DNA of 64,000 bases from an uncultured delta proteobacterium (lineage in GTDB: Bacteria; Bdellovibrionota; FAC87; UBA2466): positions 800,001 through 864,000 of the forward strand of contig CAVZSV010000004.1 in NCBI GenBank assembly GCA_963778115.1, written 5' to 3'. The notes beneath the pieces were generated by a model. It did no database searches. It was not told where the DNA came from and worked only from the letters and a program-made list of their open reading frames with translations. A program made the position numbers and the translations under genes. This document shows positions 57,401 through 64,000 of the stretch, piece by piece (the stretch's first letter is position 1; every line of letters begins with the position of its first letter).

Positions 57401-57817
57401 TTAGAGCGTGACTCCTCGCTGAATGATTTTCGTCTTCACCGGCAACTTATGAGCCGCCAGAGTCAAGGCCTCGGTAGCCACCGCAAGAGGAACTCCTTCT
57501 AGCTCGAATAGAATTCTCCCCGGCTTAATGACCGCTGCCCAATATTCCGGAGCTCCCTTTCCTCCCCCTTGCCGGGTCTCGGCAGGCTTCTTGGACATGG
57601 GTTTGTCCGGAAAGATACGAATAAACATCTTTCCTACTTTTTTGGCGTGACGGGCAATGGCAACACGACTGGCTTCGATCTGCTTCGAGCTAATACGTCC
57701 GCATTCCACCGCCTGCAAACCAAATTCACCAAAGGCCAAGTCGGAACCACGATGGGCTTTTCCGCGCATCCGGCCCTTTTGTACTCGTCTATATTTGACT
57801 CTTTTTGGACTAAGCAT
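57401..57817 (-). CDS. rplP: 50S ribosomal protein L16
   Basis: [30 protein letters not shown]. Confidence 0.97.
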   Translation of the reverse strand: MLSPKRVKYRRVQKGRMRGKAHRGSDLAFGEFGLQAVECGRISSKQIEASRVAIARHAKKVGKMFIRIFPDKPMSKKPAETRQGGGKGAPEYWAAVIKPGRILFELEGVPLAVATEALTLAAHKLPVKTKIIQRGVTL

Positions 57818-57852
57818 AATTCAAACTCTTCACGTTACGATCTGGTTGACGA

Positions 57853-58514
57853 TCAACGGTCCTGTGCCTCGTTTTGCACAGGTAGTTTCCTTTCGATCAA
57901 TAATCCTTTGTAGACCCAAACCTTAATTCCAATCTGCCCATACGTCGTATAGGCTTCGGTGAATCCATAATCGATGTCGGCACGAAGCGTATGCAAGGGA
58001 ACACTTCCCTCGGCGTAACGTTCGGTCCGCGCAATTTCGGCACCCCCTAAACGTCCCGCACATTGGATTTTGATTCCCAGCACTCCGAACTTAAATGCCT
58101 GGCTCATGGCCTTTTTCATGGCTCGCCGGAAAGCTACCCGTTTCTCCAATTGATCCGCGATATTTTCCGCGATCAACTGAGCGTCGGCTTCGGCTTTGCG
58201 AACCTCTAAAATGTTGATAAACACCTCGGACTTCGACAGCTTTTGCGTTTCTGCACGAAGCTGATCAATACCGGTCCCTTTTTTCCCGATCACAATTCCA
58301 GGTCGGGCGGTGAAAATATTTATCTTTGCTTTGTTGGCCACACGTTCGATTTCGATCTTCGAGACTCCTGCATGACGAACTTCTTCTTAAGAAAGTCACG
58401 AAACTTCAAGTCTTCATGTAGAAAGCGAACATAATCTTTCTCACTGAACCAACGAGAGTTCCAAGTCTTGTTCACTCCCAAACGAAAACCTATCGGATGT
58501 GTTTTCTGTCCCAC
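57853..58514 (-). CDS. rpsC: 30S ribosomal protein S3 (frameshift near 58340-58375)
   Basis: [13 protein letters not shown] in one frame; [20 protein letters not shown] and [11 protein letters not shown] in another. Confidence 0.93.
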
Positions 58515-58536
58515 GGTTACATGCCTTCCTTAATCA

Positions 58537-58869
58537 TTATCGGGCCTCGTCCAAAATTACAATTACATGACTCATTTTTTTTCGAACTTTAGTGGCTCTT
58601 CCCATCGCTCGGGGAATAAACCGCTTCAGCATCGGACCATCTTCGACTACGACACGTTTCACATAGAAATTATCCATGTCCATCCCGCCTTTTTCGCGTG
58701 CATTGGCGATGGCGGAGTCCAACAATGTGGAAATTATCTTGCTACCGCGCCTAGGACAAACCCCCAACTGATAATGAGCCTGCTCTACTGGCATTCCTTT
58801 GCAAAGGTCGCGACCAGCGCATTTTCGCGGCGTAATCCTTGCGTACATTAACGTTGCCCTAGCCTCCAT
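58537..58869 (-). CDS. rplV: 50S ribosomal protein L22 (locally garbled by compensating indels)
   Basis: RITPRK, SAIANA, KRFIPRAMGRA, SHV. Confidence 0.93.
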   Translation of the reverse strand: MEARATLMYARITPRKCAGRDLCKGMPVEQAHYQLGVCPRRGSKIISTLLDSAIANAREKGGMDMDNFYVKRVVVEDGPMLKRFIPRAMGRATKVRKKMSHVIVILDEAR

Positions 58870-58870
58870 T

Positions 58871-59157
58871 TTATTTTTCCTCTTCCACTTTGGTCTTGCG
58901 GTCGCCCGAGTGGGCTATAAAGTGCGAGTGGAGGCAAACTCACCTAACTTGTGTCCGACCATGTTTTCGGAAATGAACACCGGAAAAATTTGCTGCCGTT
59001 GTGAACAGCCACCGTCAGTCCCACCAACTCCGGGAACGACGGTAGAGCGACGTGACCAGGTCTTAATGACTTTCTTGTCACCTTGGCCCTGCGATCTTTC
59101 CGTCTTCTTCACAAGGTGGGGTGCCACATAAGGCCCCTTTTTAATAGAACGTGCCAT
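58871..59157 (-). CDS. rpsS: 30S ribosomal protein S19 (indels)
   Basis: [26 protein letters not shown]. Confidence 0.93.
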
Positions 59158-59160
59158 AAG

Positions 59161-59987
59161 CTACTTTCTCCTCCTGATAATGAATCTGTCGGTTCTTTTG
59201 TGTTGCGGGTCTTTTTCCCTTTGCGTTTTCTTTCCCCAAGGCGTCACCGGATGACGACCTCCCGAGGTTTTTCCTTCACCACCACCCAAAGGATGGTCGA
59301 CAGGATTCATCGAAACACCCCGGTTATGAGGCCTGAAGCCCAACCAACGCATACGGCCCGCTTTACCCATAACGATATTCTCGTGTTCTAAATTTCCGAC
59401 TTGGCCCTACGGTGGCCCAGCATCTATTGTTCACAATACGAATTTCACCAGAGGGCATACGAAGCTGGGCGTGGCCGCCTTCAAACCCTACGAGCTGCAC
59501 CATAGCACCCGCACTGCGAGCCAATTTCCCGCCTGCACCAAGCTTAATTTCAATATTGTGCAGACTGGTACCAGCCGGAATGTTTTTCATCGGAAGCGCA
59601 TTGCCAATTTGGATGTCGGCCTTATCCGAAGCCACGATATTCGTCGCCTACTTTTAGCCCAACCGGAGCCAAGAATATAACGCTTCTCGCCATCTTTATA
59701 ATGGATGAGGGCAGATTCGAGCGGTACGGTTAGGATCGTATTCAAGGGCGGCAACCTTCCCGACGATTTCCAACTTATCTCGACGAAAATCAACCATACG
59801 ATAATTTGCGTTTGTGCCCGCCCCCACGAAATCGCGAGGTGATACGGCCATAGGTATTTCGTCCGCCCGTCGAATTTTTCGATTCTATCAAGCGCCTCTC
59901 CGGCCGCTTTTCTGGGAGTTCAGAGAAATCAGCTGAAGTGATAAATCGTCGGGAAGGAGTTGTGGGTTTAAAAACTTTAGTAGACAT
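59161..59987 (-). CDS. rplB: 50S ribosomal protein L2 (several indels)
   Basis: [32 protein letters not shown] and [13 protein letters not shown] across four ORF fragments. Confidence 0.93.
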
Positions 59988-59989
59988 TA

Positions 59990-60270
59990 TCAACTTGCGA
60001 CAAATTCAAATTTGTCGCCCTCCTTCAGTTTCACAATGGCTTTCTTCCAGAGTTTGCGTGGTCCCGGCGCGCGCCCCAAACTTGCGAGCTTCACGACGAT
60101 TAATCATCGTATTGACGCGGACGACTTTCACGCCGAACAACTTCTCGATCGCTTTCTTTAATTTCACTGCGATTCGCTCGGAGATCCACTTCGAATGCAT
60201 ACTCATTGAGAGACGAGTTATGCAGAGTATTTTTCTCGGTAACGAGCGGGCGCTTAATAATATCAAACAT
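59990..60270 (-). CDS. rplW: 50S ribosomal protein L23 (indels)
   Basis: [36 protein letters not shown]. Confidence 0.9.
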
Positions 60271-60901
60271 GAGTCAAACGCTCCGTTAGCTTCTGAGCCG
60301 CTTTCTTGCTCAGAACTAGATTCTTAAACTTCAGAACATCGAAGACATTGACTCCTTCGGGCCGCAAGAAACTTCAGGAACGTAATATTTTTAATACTCT
60401 GGTTAAACCGCTTTTCTTTGTCGTCATCCGCCCTGTTGACGACAAGGGCAGACTTCAATTCAAAGGCTTTGAAGCTTTTGGAAATTTGGCTGGTGCTAAT
60501 CTTCTCTAACACCATCTTATCCAAAACGAAAAGACGATCCTCTTTCTGATTTAAAGAGATGGCGGAAATAAGAGCCGCTCTCATCGCCTTCTTGTTGATC
60601 TTATGAACAACGCGACGAGGTTTCGGGCCGTGGGCTTTACCACCCCCCACAAAGATAGGAGCTTTCTTATCTCCGTGACGGGCCTGACCGGTACCTTTTT
60701 GGCGGTACATTTTCTTTCCCGTTCCGTGAACTTCCGTTCGGGTCGAGAATTGGCCGTCCTATATTCGTGGCGCCACGCTATCTGAGCTCGGACGGCGTCA
60801 TTTAAGAGATGAGGACGTACCTCACCCGCAAATACGACATCGCTCAAATCGACGTTGCCGACTTTCTTTTTGTTCAAATCATATAGTGGCAATGACGGCA
60901 T
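60263..60901 (-). CDS. rplD: 50S ribosomal protein L4 (indels)
   Basis: N-terminus VFAGEVRPHLL; YRQKGTGQARHG, GGGKAHGPKPR, KINKK. Confidence 0.92.
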
Positions 60902-60907
60902 AATTCC

Positions 60908-61216
60908 TCACAGCGTAATAGTAACGTCGATACCGGCCGAAAGATCCAACTTCATCAACGAATCAATCGTGTGCTGTGTCGGCTCTAAAATATCGATTAG
61001 CCGCTTATGAGTGCGGATTTCGAATTGTTCACGTGACTTCTTATCTACGTGAGGCGAGCGCAGCACCGTGTACCGATTAATTTTCGTGGGCAGCGGAATG
61101 GGTCCGGCAACTTTCGCCCCCGTCCTTTTCGCGGTCTCGACAATCTCGGCCACAGACTGGTCCAGCAGTTTAAAATCAAACGCTTTCAGTCTTATGCGAA
61201 TCTTCTGACTTTGCAC
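60908..61216 (-). CDS. rpsJ: 30S ribosomal protein S10
   Basis: [30 protein letters not shown]. Confidence 0.98.
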   Translation of the reverse strand: MQSQKIRIRLKAFDFKLLDQSVAEIVETAKRTGAKVAGPIPLPTKINRYTVLRSPHVDKKSREQFEIRTHKRLIDILEPTQHTIDSLMKLDLSAGIDVTITL

Positions 61217-61218
61217 CG

Positions 61219-62410
61219 TTACTCCACGATCTCCGTAATGACGCCCGCACCCACCGTTCGGCCGCCTTCACGGATAGCAAACCGGACCTCTTTTTCCATG
61301 GCGATGGGGGTAATCAACTCAATTTCCAACTGGACGTTATCACCGGGCATCACCATCTCTACCCCTTTAGGTAAAGTGGCAACTCCCGTTACGTCCGTCG
61401 TTCGGAAGTAAAACTGCGGACGATATCCCGTGAAAAACGGGGTATGCCGGCCGCCCTCTTCCTTCGTCAAAATATAAGCTTCCGTCTTGGCCTTTTTGTG
61501 TGGGGTCACGGTTCCCGCAGCCGCTAATACCTGTCCGCGCTCGACATCTTCTTTATCGATACCGCGTAACAAAATACCTACGTTATCTCCCGCTTCTCCT
61601 TGATCGAGAAGCTTACGGAACATTTCCACACCTGTGACGACCGTCTTCTTCGTGGGCTTAATTCCCACGATCTCGATTTCGTCGTTCACTTTGATGATTC
61701 CGCGCTCAATACGGCCGGTCACTACCGTGCCGCGACCTTGGATACTGAACACGTCTTCAATCGCCATGAGAAACGGCTTGTCTTTGTGAACGTGCCGGAA
61801 GCGGAATGTAGCTATCTAAAGCCTCCACTAGCTTAAAGATAGACTGCTCGCCCAACTCTCCCGTATCGCCTTCCAACGCCTTTAAGGCACTTCCTTTAAT
61901 AATCGGAATCTCGTCGCCGGGGAATTTGTACTTCGATAGCAATTCCCGAACTTCGAGCTCCACCAAATCTAACAACTCTTTGTCATCCACCATGTCTACT
62001 TTGTTCAAGTAGACCACCATGGCGGGAACTCCTACCTGACGGGCTAACAAAATATGCTCTCGGGTCTGAGGCATCGGACCGTCAGCAGCGGACACTACCA
62101 AAATAGCGCCGTCCATCTGGGCCGCACCCGTAATCATGTTCTTCACATAGTCAGCGTGGCCGGGACAGTCGACATGCGCGTAATGGCGCTTTTCACTCTG
62201 GTATTCCTGATGCGAAGTCGCAATCGTGATTCCGCGCTCTTTCTCTTCAGGAGCGTTGTCGATCTGATCGTATCGCTTCGCTTCCGCCCAGCCCTTCTTT
62301 GCCAAGACGTGGGTGATAGCCGCAGTGAGGGTCGTCTTGCCATGATCGACGTGACCGATGGTGCCTACGTTCACATGGGGTTTTGTTCGCTCAAATTTTG
62401 CTTTCGACAT
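61219..62410 (-). CDS. tuf: Elongation factor Tu (one frameshift near 61780-61795)
   Basis: [20 protein letters not shown]; then [15 protein letters not shown]...[10 protein letters not shown]. Confidence 0.96.
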
Positions 62411-64000
62411 CTATTTGCCTCCTGAGACTTTTGCGACAATTTCATTCGCTATATTATTGGGTACCGGTTCGTAGTGACTAAACTCCATTGTGTAGGTCGC
62501 GCGTCCCTGACTCAGCGAGCGTACCTGAGTAGCATAGCCAAACATCTCTGCCAAGGGGACCTCTGCATCAATTACCTGATAAGCCGCTTGAGGCGTCATT
62601 TGCATGATCTTACCGCGGCGTGAATTCAAATCACCGATGACATCGCCCATGTAGTTATCAGGAACGACCACTTCGCACTTCATGATGGGTTCTAGGATGA
62701 TGGGGCCGGCTTTCTTACAACCATCCTTGAAGGCCATGGAAGCAGCGATTTTAAAGGCAATTTCGCTTGAGTCAACATCATGGTACGACCCGTCAGTGAG
62801 ACAGATCTTAAGATCGACCACCGGATAACCCGCCTGAACCCCAGAATCGAGGGCCTCTTTGAGCCCTTTTTCCACGGCAGGGATAAACTCCCGAGGAATG
62901 GTTCCTCCCACGATGGAATTTTCAAATACGAATCCGCTCTTACGAGGAAGGGGTTCGATGGTAATCCAGACATGCCCGTATTGACCACGACCACCAGTCT
63001 GCTTGATATACTTGCCTTCTTGCTCGACCTTTTTGGTAATGGTCTCGCGGTAGGCCACTTGGGGCTTACCCACATTGGCCTCTACCTTAAATTCCCGAAG
63101 AAGCCGGTCCACAATGATTTCCAAATGAAGTTCGCCCATTCCAGAGATAATCGTCTGGTTGGTTTCCGGATCGACTCTTAACTGGAAGCTAGGATCTTCA
63201 ACGGCCAGCTTTTGAAGCGAAACGCCCAGCTTCTCTTGATCCGCTTTGGATTTGGGTTCGATCGCAATCGAAATAACGGGCTGAGGAAAGTGCATCGACT
63301 CGAGCGAGATGGGCTGATTCTCATCACACAGAGAATCTCCGGTCCGAGTATTCTTTAGTCCAACGGCAGCGGCGATATCGCCGGCTTTCACGGTCTTGAT
63401 TTCGATCTGCTTATTGGCGTGCATCTGAAGCAAGCGACCAATACGCTCTTTCTTACCCTGACGAGAGTTCAAAACATACGAGCCGGCGTCGAGCTTTCCC
63501 GAATAGACTCGAAAGAACGTCAGCTGTCCTACGTAAGGATCGGTCAAAATCTTAAACGCCAAAGCACTAAAAGGCGCATCGTTCTCAGCTAGCCGCTCCA
63601 TCGGAGCTTCAGTGGCCGGATCGACACCCTTCACCGGAGGCTTATCCAGTGGCGAAGGAAGATAGTAGATAACGGCGTCCAATAAAGGTTGTAGCCCCTT
63701 GTTCTTAAACGCAGTCCCACAAAAGGTGGGGACGATCTTCAAATTCAAACAGGCTTTACGAGCCGCTTTGCGAATTTCGTCAGTGGTAATTTCAACGCCA
63801 TCCAAAAACTTATGAAGGATGTTTTCGTCTTCTTCGGCAACGGCGTCGATGAGTTTTTCGCGAAGTGCCTTGCACTTGTCTTTTAATCCTGCGGGAATCT
63901 CTTCAATACGGTATTGGTCACCCGAACCACCGTCTAGATCCCAGAGCAAAGCTTTCTGTTCAATAATATCGACCACCCCCATAAACTTATCTTCAGCTCC
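62411..64000 (-). CDS. fusA: Elongation factor G, C-terminal part (5' end outside window)
   Basis: [45 protein letters not shown]. Confidence 0.97.
   Translation of the reverse strand, partial: GAEDKFMGVVDIIEQKALLWDLDGGSGDQYRIEEIPAGLKDKCKALREKLIDAVAEEDENILHKFLDGVEITTDEIRKAARKACLNLKIVPTFCGTAFKNKGLQPLLDAVIYYLPSPLDKPPVKGVDPATEAPMERLAENDAPFSALAFKILTDPYVGQLTFFRVYSGKLDAGSYVLNSRQGKKERIGRLLQMHANKQIEIKTVKAGDIAAAVGLKNTRTGDSLCDENQPISLESMHFPQPVISIAIEPKSKADQEKLGVSLQKLAVEDPSFQLRVDPETNQTIISGMGELHLEIIVDRLLREFKVEANVGKPQVAYRETITKKVEQEGKYIKQTGGRGQYGHVWITIEPLPRKSGFVFENSIVGGTIPREFIPAVEKGLKEALDSGVQAGYPVVDLKICLTDGSYHDVDSSEIAFKIAASMAFKDGCKKAGPIILEPIMKCEVVVPDNYMGDVIGDLNSRRGKIMQMTPQAAYQVIDAEVPLAEMFGYATQVRSLSQGRATYTMEFSHYEPVPNNIANEIVAKVSGGK

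Noticed and set aside
47917..62410. Pseudogenisation or programmed frameshifting of ribosomal genes and tuf
   Set aside because: Essential genes, otherwise well conserved, with scattered single-base indels and no consistent slippery motifs; sequencing error is far more likely

Overview
Bacterial chromosomal window. Ribosomal proteins and RpoA look deltaproteobacterial, possibly Bdellovibrionota/Oligoflexia (inference). The first 25 kb is rich in phosphate-related genes: partial pstA, pstC, pstS (separated from pstC by an opposite-strand rhomboid protease), two HAD hydrolases, a GlpT-like MFS, a degenerate UshA-like lipoprotein, ppk1 and a SixA-like phosphatase. It also holds an orphan giant secreted-protein locus (about 8.9 kb, two overlapping ORFs probably forming one protein of about 2950 aa) behind a sigma54-type promoter, and a PHP / ceramide-glucosyltransferase-like / GH1 operon. 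The middle part has an MFS, a TPR-redoxin lipoprotein, queG, a 5-PAS histidine kinase, an aldehyde dehydrogenase, a TolC/MacAB-type exporter, a deoxyhypusine-synthase-like gene with a NodIJ-like ABC exporter, hemH and small secreted proteins. From 46 to 64 kb lies the str/S10/spc/alpha ribosomal cluster, in which rplC is cleanly absent between rpsJ and rplD. Many essential ribosomal genes carry indels that look like long-read consensus errors, so other split ORFs need caution. No rRNA, tRNA, CRISPR array or transposase was recognised. Best leads: a shared sigma54 promoter plus TGAC-N7-GTCA site in front of the giant protein and a tiny Gly/Tyr lipoprotein; the putative phosphate-linked glycolipid remodelling operon; the missing rplC; and REP-like palindromic doublets.
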